From assembly GCA_963827565.1 (NCBI GenBank), contig CAWHBG010000002.1:54994-118993 (forward strand): 64,000 nt of DNA. Reading direction: 5' to 3'. Source of the stretch: Candidatus Aminicenantes bacterium. Lineage in GTDB: Bacteria; Acidobacteriota; Aminicenantia; UBA2199. The first letter of the stretch is position 1. Each line of letters starts with the position of its first letter. Below are positions 50,396 through 61,948 of the stretch, in pieces. The position numbers and the translations under genes were made by a program. The notes beneath the pieces were generated by a model that saw only the letters and a list, made by a program, of their open reading frames with translations, made no database searches and was not told where the DNA came from.

Positions 50396-50976
50396 TATAT
50401 GCACTAAAAGGAAAAGTTATAAATAAGATACCCGGACACATATTTTTAGATACAGGAAACGGAGTTTTGTACGATATTTTCACCCCAGTGTCATATTTTT
50501 CATCGATAGGAATTGACAAAAATATTTTGTTGTTTACTGTTATGAAAATTAAGGATGATGACCCTCAAATCTTTGGATTTCTTTCTGAGAAGGAGAAAGA
50601 GTTCTTTCTTAAAATGATCTCGATTTCCGGTATCGGAAGCAAAACAGCTCTTCTTATCATAAGTGCATTTACAGTAAAAGATTTTGTTGTTGCGCTTGAA
50701 AAATCGGATGTTTCAAAGCTCAGTTCAATTCCCGGAATAGGGAAAAAAACTGCTCAGAGGATAATACTTGAATTATCCGGAAAGATAATATTTGATGATG
50801 AAGACATGAGCGAGGATGCAAGGTTGAAGAATGATCTTGTATCGGCCCTTGTTAATCTGGGCTATCCTCAGAGAGGGGTCAAAGCTGTTGTAGATGAAGT
50901 TTTACGCGAAGATGTGTCTGATCAGTCATTTGAAAAACTGTTCAGGGTGATTTTGAAAAGGATCAGTAAAGTGTGA
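50392..50976 (+). CDS. ruvA: Holliday junction branch migration protein RuvA
   Basis: About 194 aa. HhH motifs [13 protein letters not shown] and [12 protein letters not shown]. Confidence 0.85.
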   Translation: MIYALKGKVINKIPGHIFLDTGNGVLYDIFTPVSYFSSIGIDKNILLFTVMKIKDDDPQIFGFLSEKEKEFFLKMISISGIGSKTALLIISAFTVKDFVVALEKSDVSKLSSIPGIGKKTAQRIILELSGKIIFDDEDMSEDARLKNDLVSALVNLGYPQRGVKAVVDEVLREDVSDQSFEKLFRVILKRISKV

Positions 50977-51974
50977 AATCAATGACTAATCCTGAATTTG
51001 ATAAAGAAGGAAATCTCAGGCCTTCACTTATAAATGAATTTATAGGCCAGGAAAAGAATCTTAATAACCTGATGACCTATATTGAAGGTGCTAAAAAAAG
51101 AAATGAAGTTCTTGATCATGTATTGCTATCCGGACCTCCCGGACTTGGTAAAACAACACTTGCTAATATAATCTCAATGGAGATGAATGTAAGTATAAAG
51201 CATACATCCGGTCCCGTCCTTGATAAAAAGGGAGACCTTACTGCAATTCTAACTGATCTTGACAGAGGGGATGTTCTTTTCATTGATGAGATTCATCGAT
51301 TGAGGACAAACCTTGAAGAGATCCTCTATAAAGCAATGGAAGATTTTCAGATTGACGTTATTATAGGACAGGGGATAGGTGCAAAAAATATTTCACTTGA
51401 TCTTAACAGATTTACTCTTGTAGGGGCCACAACCCGTTCAGGGTTATTATCTGCTCCAATGAGAGACAGATTCGGTATTCCCATTCACTTGAATTTTTAT
51501 TCACCAGAAGAACTTGAAAAGATAGTCGCCAGAAGTGGAGAAATACTGAATGTCAGGGTAACCGGTGAATCCTGTAAAGAGATAGCAAAGAGGTCGAGAG
51601 GAACACCAAGAATTGCCAATAAACTTTTAAGAAGAATTCGTGATTTTGCTCAGGTGAAAGGTGAAGGCGAAATAAACAGAGAAATAGTGAAATTATCTTT
51701 TAAAGCTCTCGAAATAGATGAGGCAGGTTTTGATAAAAATGATAGAAAAATATTATTAACAATCATTGATAAATTTGACGGCGGACCTGTCGGGCTTTCG
51801 ACAATATCTACCGCAGTAGGTGAAGAAAAGGAGACAATTGAAGATGTATATGAACCGTATCTTGTACAGATGGGATTCCTGAAAATCACTCCAAGGGGAA
51901 GAATTGTTACAGATAATGGTTACAGGCATTTAAAAAAAGATATAAGTAAAAAAGACAGGACTCTTTTTGACTGA
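50973..51974 (+). CDS. ruvB: Holliday junction branch migration ATPase RuvB
   Basis: Walker [12 protein letters not shown], and FIDEIHRL. Confidence 0.95.
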   Translation: MKSMTNPEFDKEGNLRPSLINEFIGQEKNLNNLMTYIEGAKKRNEVLDHVLLSGPPGLGKTTLANIISMEMNVSIKHTSGPVLDKKGDLTAILTDLDRGDVLFIDEIHRLRTNLEEILYKAMEDFQIDVIIGQGIGAKNISLDLNRFTLVGATTRSGLLSAPMRDRFGIPIHLNFYSPEELEKIVARSGEILNVRVTGESCKEIAKRSRGTPRIANKLLRRIRDFAQVKGEGEINREIVKLSFKALEIDEAGFDKNDRKILLTIIDKFDGGPVGLSTISTAVGEEKETIEDVYEPYLVQMGFLKITPRGRIVTDNGYRHLKKDISKKDRTLFD

Positions 51975-52037
51975 TAAGCACAAAAGTTTTCTCAATGCTC
52001 TGATTGATTTTAAGCTGAAAACTGATATAATCCAGAA

Positions 52038-52916
52038 ATGGAATTGGTTAAAGGTTACATAAAATCTCTTCGTATAAAGCAATGGATAAAGAATCTCTTT
52101 ATTTTTACCCCTTTACTGTTTTCACTTAACCTCACAAATATTGGTTATCTGAAAAATTCCCTTATTGCCTTTTTTCTCTTCAGCCTGATAGCAGGAAATA
52201 TATATGTAATAAATGATATTGTTGACAGGAATAGTGATGCTCAACATCCGAGGAAAAAATTCAGACCCATTGCATCGCGCTCTCTTGGAGTGTTACCTGC
52301 ATCCATTATCTCTATTTTAATACTAGTGTCTGTTTTATCCGCAGGTTTTTTTTTTAATCGTGATTTTTTTGTTGTATCTGCCTTCTATGTCGGCATTAAT
52401 ATCCTTTATTCATTGTATCTAAAAAAGATTGCTGTTTTTGATGTGATCATTATTGCAATTGGTTTCGTTCTCCGGATTATGATTGGAGGAAAAATAAACA
52501 AAATATACCTCTCCCCCTGGCTTTTCATTATCACTTTTCTTTTAGCTCTCTTTCTGGGGCTTATAAAAAGGAGACAGGAGATCGTTTTGAAAGAAAACAG
52601 TAAAGTCGGGCAGACAAGAATTTCTCTTATAAATTATAGCATCCCTTTTCTGGACCAATTAATCTCAATCACTACATCGGCAACTCTGATATCATATATT
52701 ATATATGTACTGAATCCCGATATACAGAACTATTTTCACACTAAGGAATTATATCTTACCGTACCATTTGTTATATTTGGTATATTCAGATACCTTTTTC
52801 TGACTTATATTAAACAGAAAGGTGAGAATCCTGATGAAGTTTTATTCTCGGACCTTCCATTTTTAATTAACTTAATTCTTTGGATAGTTGTTTTTGTTGT
52901 ACTCATTTATAAGTAA
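52038..52916 (+). CDS. UbiA-family prenyltransferase (decaprenyl-phosphate phosphoribosyltransferase-like)
   Basis: NDIVDRNSDAQHPRKKFRPIASRS matches the NDxxDxxxD...RPIA motif of the DPPR synthase branch. It has about 8 TM helices. Confidence 0.65.
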   Translation: MELVKGYIKSLRIKQWIKNLFIFTPLLFSLNLTNIGYLKNSLIAFFLFSLIAGNIYVINDIVDRNSDAQHPRKKFRPIASRSLGVLPASIISILILVSVLSAGFFFNRDFFVVSAFYVGINILYSLYLKKIAVFDVIIIAIGFVLRIMIGGKINKIYLSPWLFIITFLLALFLGLIKRRQEIVLKENSKVGQTRISLINYSIPFLDQLISITTSATLISYIIYVLNPDIQNYFHTKELYLTVPFVIFGIFRYLFLTYIKQKGENPDEVLFSDLPFLINLILWIVVFVVLIYK

Positions 52917-52921
52917 TTTGA

Positions 52922-53530
52922 ATGTTGAAAAATAGTGAATTAAATATCTTAAGAAAACTTCAGAGTGGGGGATTAGATTCGAATAACCTTATCGTCATTT
53001 ATGATGAACACAAGTCCAATTATCGTATCAAACTAAATCTTATCCAGCATCCGGGATTCCCTGTAGACACAGCATTGAATATAATTTCTTCTCTGTTCAC
53101 TACAGACCTGCTGAATGTAATAAAAAATAAGAGGGTTAATCCTTTTATTAGAAAAAGATGTGAGATTGAGTTTAAACAAAGGTACAATAAAATTTCTAAA
53201 GGGGAAAAAATTTCTTTGATGAAAAGAGCCCCAATTAACCTTATTGAATATTTTATTGATGAGAAAGACGATACAATATTAACCATACTTATAGAGAATC
53301 CGAATTGTACTGAGGACTTGATAATAAAGTTTGTTAACAGGGATCAGATCGTGTCTCAGGTTTATAATAAATTGATTAATACAAAATGGATAAGAAACCG
53401 GCGTGTATGTTATGCAATTACTTTTAACAAAGAAGTACCTATAAGGGTTTGGATGGAAATTATTCCGAGTATTCAATTAAGCCGATTAAAAGAAATTGTC
53501 AAAAAAGATCAGGTCTTCATGAGAATGTAA
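52922..53530 (+). CDS. Hypothetical protein
   Basis: 202 aa with no motif. Confidence 0.35.
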   Translation: MLKNSELNILRKLQSGGLDSNNLIVIYDEHKSNYRIKLNLIQHPGFPVDTALNIISSLFTTDLLNVIKNKRVNPFIRKRCEIEFKQRYNKISKGEKISLMKRAPINLIEYFIDEKDDTILTILIENPNCTEDLIIKFVNRDQIVSQVYNKLINTKWIRNRRVCYAITFNKEVPIRVWMEIIPSIQLSRLKEIVKKDQVFMRM

Positions 53531-53729
53531 GAATAAAAGTTGAAGCCTTTTTATCGAAAAGAAGTAAATAATATCAATAAATGTCCAATATTGTTGACTT
53601 TTTTTTTCAGTTCAAATATATTAAAAAATAATGAAAGTTTTTAAAGCACTTTTATTTTGATGGTATTATTATTGTCTTTTCAACTTCACTCTGTAATTCC
53701 AATGTATTATCGGAGCAAGGTCATTATCA

Positions 53730-54803
53730 TTGGGTTATTCATCTTCCGCATACAATTATGATATAAATTCTTTATATTTTAATCCGGGGCTTCTCTCCGG
53801 GTTCGGATATTTTATTACCGGATATCAGAATCAAAGCGATTTTTCAAGTTATAAAGGATTTGGAGAGGTATTGGGGGAGCTGCTTGCTGAAAATATTCAG
53901 AATTTTGACATAATAGGAGTGAACGACAGGGAAGTCGATACATGACAGATTAAAAGAACTATTCACTTCAAAACATGGAATGTATGGATTCACTTCCAAT
54001 TCAGCCGGAGCTGCTTTTAAAAGGTATGGTTTTTCCAGTACTCGTATAAATACTTCTGTTATAAACCCTGAAAGGGCGCCGGTTTTGGATGCTGAGACAA
54101 CAGAATTACACAAGAAGAGATAAATGGTCTGAATTTAAGCTTTACAGGCCTTTCTTATACACAATATTCTGTTTCATATTCTCTGGATTTTACTAAGGAG
54201 ATCAGTAGCGGGGTTACAATGCATTATCTCTCCGGCAGTGTCACAAGGTTTTTAAAACCACTGGTAAATGAGGAATTTACTTCGTCTTCAACTGAGAAGG
54301 ATTATCTGAAATATGGATGGTCCGGAGCTGAAGATAATTTCGGAAAATTCCTTATTGATTTGTCTGTAAGTGCATCTTTAAGTACAATACTAAGAGTTGC
54401 TTTAATTTTAAAAAATTACAGGAATCCTGTAATTGAGACAGAACAGGGAGATATAATTCTGGATCAGCGTACAATTGCAGCTGCATCCATTAAACCTGAT
54501 CAGAAGACAGGGATTTATCTTGATCTTGATTTGAAGCAATCTGATCTTTATTTGAATGGAGAATTAGTTCAGCCTGTTTCTCTCGGAGTGGAAAGAGCTT
54601 TTTTTAATGGTAATTTTTTTGTCAGGTTAGGGATCATGAGCGATCTGACTGAAAAGTATTTGTTCGGAAGTAAAGGCAAACTGCTTTACGGAGTTGGACT
54701 TGGAGTATATATAAAAAAAGTACTGATCGATGCCGGTATCGGAATTGGGGGAGACGGCAAGGTCAATAGTTTTGCAGTTTCAGGATTTTTTATTGTCAAA
54801 TAG
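53730..54803 (+). CDS. Hypothetical protein, fragmented over three frames (two probable frameshifts)
   Basis: Frame A runs 53730-53945. Frame B, HDRLKELFTSKHGMYGF..., runs 53941-54123. Frame C runs from about 54108 to 54803 and contains the listed ORF 54219-54803. The pieces are contiguous with no long gaps. Confidence 0.35.
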
Positions 54804-54808
54804 TGCGA

Positions 54809-54837
54809 TTGACAAAAAAAAATCTTTTAACTAAAAT
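54809..54837 (+). promoter_or_regulatory. Candidate sigma-70 promoter of pilB
   Basis: TTGACA, a 17-nt spacer, then TAAAAT. It ends 7 nt before the pilB ATG, so the leader is short or absent. Confidence 0.35.
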
Positions 54838-54844
54838 TTAAGGT

Positions 54845-56559
54845 ATGGAAATGAAATTAGGGGACTTTTTATTAGCTGACAAGATTATCACAAAAGAACA
54901 ACTGGATAAAGCTCTTGAAACTCAGAAAAAAGAACCCGGAAAGATAGGGAGTATCCTTATACGGTCAGGCTATGTTTCTGAAGAAGATATTGCTCAGGCA
55001 CTTAAGCAAACAATTTGGTTATCCATCAATAAATCTTTCCAAATTTGAGATTGATGAGAAAGTAGTTGAGCTTATTAAACCTGAAATTGCAAGAAAACAT
55101 ATTGTCATGCCGGTTCATAGAATTGGTTCAATTCTTACAATAGCTATGGGTGATCCATCAAATTTATTTGTTCTTGAAGAATTGAGGTTTTCAACAAATT
55201 TACGGATCCAGGCAGTTATTTCCCCCGAATCTTCAATACTTGAGACAATAGAGAAATATTATGGATCAAGTACAGGTATTGAAGCACAGAAATTTCTTGA
55301 AGAAATAGAGTTAAGTGATGACGCTTCCATTGAAGTTCTTGAAGATATGGAAGATGATGAAGGTTTTTCGGAGAAGCCGGGGATGATGCGCCGGCAATAA
55401 AACTTGTTAATCTGATCTTTCAGGATGCAATATCAAAGGGTGCATCAGATATTCATTTCGAACCATATGAAAAAGTTTTTAGGGTAAGATTCAGGATAGA
55501 CGGAATACTACATGAATATATGACTCCTCCAATGAATATTAAGAACAAAGTACTTTCAAGGGTGAAGTTGATTGCCGGAATAGATATTGCGGAAAAAAGG
55601 CTTCCTCAGGATGGAAGGATAAAAACAAAACTGAAGATAAATGAAATAGAAAAGCAGTTGATATGAGGGTTTCATCTCTACCTACGATCCATGGAGAAAA
55701 GATCGTTATAAGAATACTTGATAAAGATAATCTTATGCTTGATCTGACTAAACTGGGGTTTGAATCAATTTCGCTGGAGAGATTTGACAGAAATATTAGT
55801 GAACCATGGGGGATCGTTCTTGTTACAGGACCTACAGGTAGCGGAAAAACCAATACATTGTATTCTGCCATACAAAAGCTGAACAGTGAAGATGTAAATA
55901 TTATGACTGCAGAGAACCCTGTGGAATTCAATCTCTATGGCATTAATCAGATAAATATCAGGGATTCAATAGGACTGACATTCCCATCAGCATTAAGATC
56001 TTTTCTGCGGCAGGATCCAAATATAATTCTTGTGGGGGAGATCAGAGATTTTGAGACAGCTGACATAGCTATTAAAGCTGCATTGACTGGCCATATGGTT
56101 CTTTCCACTCTTCATACAAATGATGCTCCTTCTACTATTGCAAGGCTTATAAATATGGGTATTGAACCTTTCCTTGTATCTAGTGCTGTGAGGCTTGTTG
56201 TTGCCCAAAGGCTTGTCAGGAGAATATGTCAGAATTGCAGATCATTATCAAAAATACCTGCACAGACACTTATTGATATCGGATTTCCACCCGAAGAAGC
56301 AAAAAATGCTAAGATCTATGAGCCAAAAGGGTGTGAAAAATGTAATAATACCGGGTATAAAGGCAGGATTGCTTTATTTGAAGTAATGGAAATAGATGAG
56401 GAGATGAAAGAGCAGATCCTTATTGGAGCGTCTACATCGGAACTGAGACAGAAATCCAAGGAAAAAGGCATGCTGACATTAAGAATGAGCGGTGTTGAGA
56501 AGGTTAAATCGGGATTGACCTCAATTGAAGAGGTTGTGAGAGAAACTAGTAAGATGTAA
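54845..56559 (+). CDS. pilB: Type IV pilus assembly ATPase PilB (GspE family), interrupted by three frameshifts
   Basis: The T2SSE_N domain ([25 protein letters not shown]...[11 protein letters not shown]) is in ORF 54845-55048. QFGYPSINL...[10 protein letters not shown] is in ORF 54972-55400. [30 protein letters not shown]...[11 protein letters not shown] is in a third frame, 55382-55650. The ATPase core, with Walker [15 protein letters not shown] and the tetracysteine CQNC...CEKC, is in 55663-56559. The frame switches are near 55005, 55395 and 55635. Confidence 0.8.
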
Positions 56560-56570
56560 GGAGAAAAAAT

Positions 56571-57719
56571 ATGGCATTACCTCTTCCGCAATTGTTAAAA
56601 ATTATGATAGATGAAGGAGGAACTGACCTTCATATTACGACAAATTCACCTCCAGTTATCAGGGTGCATGGTGGACTGAGAAAAATTGATCACCCTATTC
56701 TAACTCCTGCAGAAACAAAACAGATAATATATAGTGTATTAAGTGATAATCAGAAATATAAATTCGAGGAGAGCTGGGAGCTCGATTTTTCCTTTGGTAT
56801 TAAAGGTGTTGCCAGATTCAGGGCTAATGTATTTATGCAGAGAGGAGCTGTTGCCGGAGCGTTCAGACGGATCCCATATGAGATATGGGGTTTTGAAAAG
56901 CTCGGTCTCCCTCCTGTAGTTTCATCTCTTGCAGATAAACCAAGAGGACTTGTACTGGTTACGGGCCCGACAGGATCTGGAAAAACCACAACTCTTGCTT
57001 CACTTATAGATAAGATAAATAAAGAGAGAGCTGTTCATATAATTACAATTGAAGATCCAATCGAATATCTTCATTCTCACAGGAAAGCATTAATAAATCA
57101 GCGGGAACTGCATGCTGACACAAAAGGATTTGCTCCGGCATTAAGGTCTGTTTTAAGGGAAGACCCGGATGTAGTCCTGATCGGAGAGATGAGAGACCTT
57201 GAAACTATTCAGTCTGCAATAACAATTGCAGAAACGGGCCATTTAACTTTTGGCACATTGCATACTAACTCAGCATCTCAGACAATCAACAGGATAATTG
57301 ATGTTTTCCCTCCTCATCAGCAGGATCAGGTCAGAACTCAGCTGTCAATGAATATTGAAGGGATCATTACTCAGGCTCTGTTACCCAAAGCTGGAGGAAG
57401 GGGGAGATGTCTTGCGGTTGAAGTTCTAATTCCAAATCCAGCTATCAGGCATTTGATAAGGGATAACAAGATTCACCAGATATATTCGACTATGCAGACA
57501 GGACAGGAAAAATACGGAATGATCACCTTTAACCAGTCACTTGCAAGTCTCCATTTCAAGAGGGAGATTTCACTTGATTTTGCTTTGTCGGTTTCACACA
57601 ATCCGGAAGAACTAAATGAATTAATTAAAAGGGGGGCCAGTGGGTTAACAGCTCAATTTAAACCTGGTTACACCTCCCAAACTAATCCCGGACAGGGCGA
57701 TAAATTTCACAAATTTTAG
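56571..57719 (+). CDS. pilT: Twitching-motility (pilus retraction) ATPase PilT
   Basis: GTDLHITTNSPPVIRVHG, Walker [22 protein letters not shown], and REDPDVVLIGEMRDLETI. No tetracysteine motif is present. Confidence 0.9.
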   Translation: MALPLPQLLKIMIDEGGTDLHITTNSPPVIRVHGGLRKIDHPILTPAETKQIIYSVLSDNQKYKFEESWELDFSFGIKGVARFRANVFMQRGAVAGAFRRIPYEIWGFEKLGLPPVVSSLADKPRGLVLVTGPTGSGKTTTLASLIDKINKERAVHIITIEDPIEYLHSHRKALINQRELHADTKGFAPALRSVLREDPDVVLIGEMRDLETIQSAITIAETGHLTFGTLHTNSASQTINRIIDVFPPHQQDQVRTQLSMNIEGIITQALLPKAGGRGRCLAVEVLIPNPAIRHLIRDNKIHQIYSTMQTGQEKYGMITFNQSLASLHFKREISLDFALSVSHNPEELNELIKRGASGLTAQFKPGYTSQTNPGQGDKFHKF

Positions 57720-57727
57720 GGGGAAAA

Positions 57728-58937
57728 ATGCCTATATTTCAATATAAGGGAAAGAACAGAATAGGGAATATCATTGAAGGTGAAAGAAAAGCTACGGTCC
57801 AAAAAAGAAATTATAGATGCACTGGAAAAAGAACAGATCCAGGTCCTTCAGGTTAACAGGAAAAGTGCAGAAATGAACATTCCCTTTTTTGGAAAAAGGA
57901 AAGCCAAGGTTTCACTAAGGGATCTGACTGTATTTAACAGGCAATTATCAGTAATGTTCAATGCAGGATTGCCAATTACCCAGGGACTAGGTATATTATC
58001 CACACAGCAACAAAATAAAGGTTTCAGAGAAGCTCTGGATGACATAAGAAAAGATGTTGAAAGCGGATCTAACCTTTCTAATGCTCTAAAAAAATATCCT
58101 AATATTTTTAATGATCTGTATACAAGTATGGTTCAGGCAGGTGAGGCCTCAGGTAATCTTGATACGATACTGATGAGGTTATCTCAGTATATGGAAAATA
58201 TGGCAAAACTTATCGGTAAGATCAAATCTGCAATGACCTATCCGGTTGCTGTTATTATAATAGCAATTGTACTGACAGCTGTAATTCTAATTAAGGTTGT
58301 TCCAACATTTCAGGATCTTTTTGAGCAATTAGGAGCATCGCTTCCTGCACCTACACAATTTGTAGTTGATTCTTCAGAATTTCTGCGGTCTAACTTTCTC
58401 CTTATAGTTGCAGCTATTACAGGAATTATATTTGGAATGAGATCATACAATAAAACATATAAAGGGAGACGTGTGTTTGATAAATTCAAGTTAAAACTAC
58501 CTGTTCTTGGTGAATTACTTGTTAAAGCCGGAGTTGCAAGAGTTACACGTACACTTGAAACTCTTCTGAATTCAGGAGTTGAAATTATTGAAAGTATGAC
58601 GATTACTGCAAAAACTTCAGGTAATGCGATTATAGAAGACTCAGTTCTTCGAAGCCGGGCTTCTGTTCAGGAAGGTAAACCGCTTGGAGAGTCATGGGAG
58701 GAGGAGAAGGTTTTTCCTTTTATGGTTACGCAGATGGTTTCAGTAGGAGAGCAAACGGGAGCTCTTTCATCTATGCTTGGTAAAATCGCAGATTTTTATG
58801 ATGATGAAGTAGACCAGGCTGTAAGTGCGCTAATTTCAATAATGGAACCAATTATGATCCTAATTCTTGGAGGCCTTGTCGGAGGGATTGTTGTTGCTAT
58901 GTATCTTCCAATGTTTGATATTATTGGTAAGGTATAA
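57728..58937 (+). CDS. pilC: Type IV pilus inner-membrane platform protein PilC (GspF family), frameshifted in an A-run
   Basis: The N-terminus MPIFQYKGKNRIGNIIEGERKATVQ (ATG 57728) joins the listed ORF 57774-58937 (...KKEIIDALEKEQIQVLQV) through the A6 run at about 57800. There are two T2SSF repeats. Confidence 0.8.
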
Positions 58938-58963
58938 TTGATATTAAAATATAATTAGAAAAA

Positions 58964-60552
58964 TTGATCCAGTTAGAAGATACCGAATATAAAAGAAGAT
59001 TTGTATTTATAAACTCAATAAGAATAACAGTTTTATCTGTAATTCTAATTGTTTCAGTGATTTCACTTGTTTTTCAGGTTAATTTCCCTATTATTCCTGT
59101 AATTTTCTTTATTTCTTTTTCAATTATAATCAGTTTTTCCCATTTTATTATTTCAAATAAAAAAGGGATCAAGTTCTCGATTTATATTCAGATATTTACA
59201 GATATTATTATAATTACCGGATTTGTTTATTTTTCCGGTGGTGTATCAAGTCCGATCTATACTTTTTATATTTTCTACCGATATTAGTATCTGCAATGTT
59301 TTTATCAAGACGGGATACAATCTATATTGCCGGTTTTTCTTATATAATCTTCGGGATAATATCTGAACTGATGTATATGAAGGTTTTGCCTTCATTACCC
59401 GGACCATTTGATTTTGAACTTACCAACACTATTCTTATCTATAATCTGATGATAAGTTTAATCGCCTTTACATTCTTTGCTTTCATCTCTTCCTACTATT
59501 TTGAAAATCTGACAAAAAAAGGAAATGAACTTAGAAGTGTACGGGAAAATTTAAAGGATCTGATGGTTGTTAACAATATGGTTCTTGAAAGGATGGTAGA
59601 TGGTCTTATAGTCAGTGATTCTGAAGGAAAGATAATTTCGTATAATGAGAAAGCAAAGGTTATTTTGGGGTTAAGAGACAATTCTAATATTTTTAGAATT
59701 ACAGGGATCGGATCTTTAGAGAACTTACGAAAAAAAATAGCTGATTCTGATAATAGACATGTTATTGAATTAGTAGAGCGGGGAAGAATTCTTGAGATAA
59801 CGATTTCTATTATCAGAGAGATATACTCCTTTGATGAAGTATTTGTCCATTTGGTTTCAGACCTTACAAATAGAAGGATGATAGAGAATGAATTGAAAAA
59901 AAAGGAACATTTTGCAATTATCGGAGAAATGTCGGCCGGACTTGCCCATGAAATAAGAAATCCTCTTGCTTCAATTTCAGGATCTATTCAGTATCTGCAG
60001 AAAGGGCTTACTCTTAATAAAGAATCAAAAAATCTAATGAATATAGTTGTTAAGGAGTCAGCAAGATTATCAGATTCAATTGAAGAGTTTCTGCAATTCA
60101 GTAAAACATCTCCAATTGAAAAAGAGGAATTTGAACTTGGGTTAATAATGGATGAAATTATTGAAATTTCGATTGTTAACAATGAAGATATTTTGTTTAA
60201 AAAAAGATATGGAAAGGGGAATATGATCCTGGCAGATAGAAAGAAAATCAACCAGGTTTTGTGGAATATTGTTAACAACAGTATAAAAGCAGTTGCGGGG
60301 AAAGGTATTATTGAGATAAATATATATAAAAAAGGGGGAGCAATTGTGTTATCGATAGCTGATAATGGATCAGGGATAAAAAGAGAAGAGTTGTCTAAAG
60401 TATTTATTCCTTTTTTTTCAAAGTTTACTTCAGGTATCGGATTGGGAATGGCAATAGTAAAACGTGTACTTGATGAACATGGATTCAGGATCAGGATCAA
60501 CAGTGAAATAAAAAAAGGAACTGAGGTGACAATATGGTTCAGAAAGGATTAA
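58964..60552 (+). CDS. PilS-like membrane sensor histidine kinase, frameshifted in a C-run
   Basis: Multi-TM N-terminus: 58964-59287, continuing as PILVSAMFLSRRD... into 59296-60552. A 1-nt deletion at ctaccga, about 59279, is implied. H-box GEMSAGLAHEIRNPLASI. G-boxes ADNGSGIKRE and GIGLGMAIVK. It overlaps the PilR-like regulator. Confidence 0.75.
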
Positions 60553-61931
60553 ATATTTTAATAGTAGATGATGATGAAAGCATAAGAGATATGCTCTCAA
60601 TTGTCTTAAGAGATGAAAATTATAATGTATTAACTGCAGAAGACGGGAAAAGAGCCCAATCGCATTTAAAAAAAACTAAAATCAACCTTGTTATCTCAGA
60701 TATTAAAATGCCTGATATGGACGGTATTGAATTACTGAATTACATAAAAAAAAAGAATGAAAAAATTCCTGTTATAATGATAACAGGTCATGCATCCACT
60801 AATGATGCCATAGAAGCAATGAAAATAGGGGCTGAACAATATATAACCAAACCTTTTAATATTGATGAATTGAAAGTGGTTATAGAAAAGGCGATTTACA
60901 AGAAAAAGATCGAAGAGGAGAATATTGAATTAAAGTCGAAAATAGGATCCTGGACAGAATACGAACAGATAATAGGAAAAAGTAAGCATATGATAGAGAT
61001 CTTTGTAATGATTGAAAGTATGTCCCAAAATGATTCAACAGTATTGATTACAGGAGAAAGCGGTACAGGGAAGGAATTGATAGCTAAAGCAATCCATAAT
61101 AAAAGCAGAAGATCCGGCGAAAAATTTATTCCCATAAATTGCAGTGCTTTACCCGAAACTTTATTGGAAAGTGAATTGTTCGGGCATAAGAAGGGTTCTT
61201 TTACTGATGCTTATGCTGATAAGAAAGGTCTGTTTGAAGAAACTGATAATGGGACTTTATTTCTCGATGAAATAGGCGATATGTCTCTTCAGATGCAGGT
61301 AAAACTTCTGAGAGCTATTCAGGAAAGAAAGATCAAACCGATCGGAAGTAATCAAGAGATAAATGTTAACAGCAGAATAATTTCTGCAACTAATAAGAAC
61401 CTTATAGATAGTATTGAGAATTCCACTTTCAGATCTGACCTTTACTACCGTTTAAATGTGATTCCGATAAATCTTCCTCCTCTGAGAGAAAGAAAAGAAG
61501 ATATACCGCTTCTCTTAAACCATTTTATTGAAATGTATAATAAAAAATTCTCAAAAAATATCAAAGGTGTCGAGAAAACGGTACTTCTGTTCTTTGAGAA
61601 CTATTCCTGGCCGGGAAATATAAGAGAACTGTCAAATTTTGTAGAAAGGGCTATAACAATAGAAAAAAGTAAATATATTACAATTAGTTCAGTGCCGGTT
61701 GATGATACCTTTAAAAACAAAAAAGATGTTGGAGTAGAAAATTCACTGGATAAATTACTCGTTAATGAAAAATTTGATTTTAACGGATATATGGACAAGT
61801 TAAGCAAAGAAATTCTTCTTAAAGCTCTTTCAATCAATGAGTTTAATCTTAAAAAAACTTCTGATATGTTAATGCTAAGTTATAGATCACTAAGGTATCT
61901 GATAGACAAATACAGTATAAAGATAAGGTAG
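60534..61931 (+). CDS. Sigma-54-dependent response regulator, PilR-like (REC + AAA+ + HTH)
   Basis: REC contains ILIVDDDESIRD and ISDIKMPDMDG. AAA+ motifs GESGTGKE, ESELFGHKKGSFTDA (a GAFTGA variant) and RSDLYYRL. The C-terminal HTH reads KTSDMLMLSYRSLRYLIDKY. Confidence 0.85.
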   Translation: MVQKGLNILIVDDDESIRDMLSIVLRDENYNVLTAEDGKRAQSHLKKTKINLVISDIKMPDMDGIELLNYIKKKNEKIPVIMITGHASTNDAIEAMKIGAEQYITKPFNIDELKVVIEKAIYKKKIEEENIELKSKIGSWTEYEQIIGKSKHMIEIFVMIESMSQNDSTVLITGESGTGKELIAKAIHNKSRRSGEKFIPINCSALPETLLESELFGHKKGSFTDAYADKKGLFEETDNGTLFLDEIGDMSLQMQVKLLRAIQERKIKPIGSNQEINVNSRIISATNKNLIDSIENSTFRSDLYYRLNVIPINLPPLRERKEDIPLLLNHFIEMYNKKFSKNIKGVEKTVLLFFENYSWPGNIRELSNFVERAITIEKSKYITISSVPVDDTFKNKKDVGVENSLDKLLVNEKFDFNGYMDKLSKEILLKALSINEFNLKKTSDMLMLSYRSLRYLIDKYSIKIR

Positions 61932-61948
61932 TGTTATAATATTTCCTT

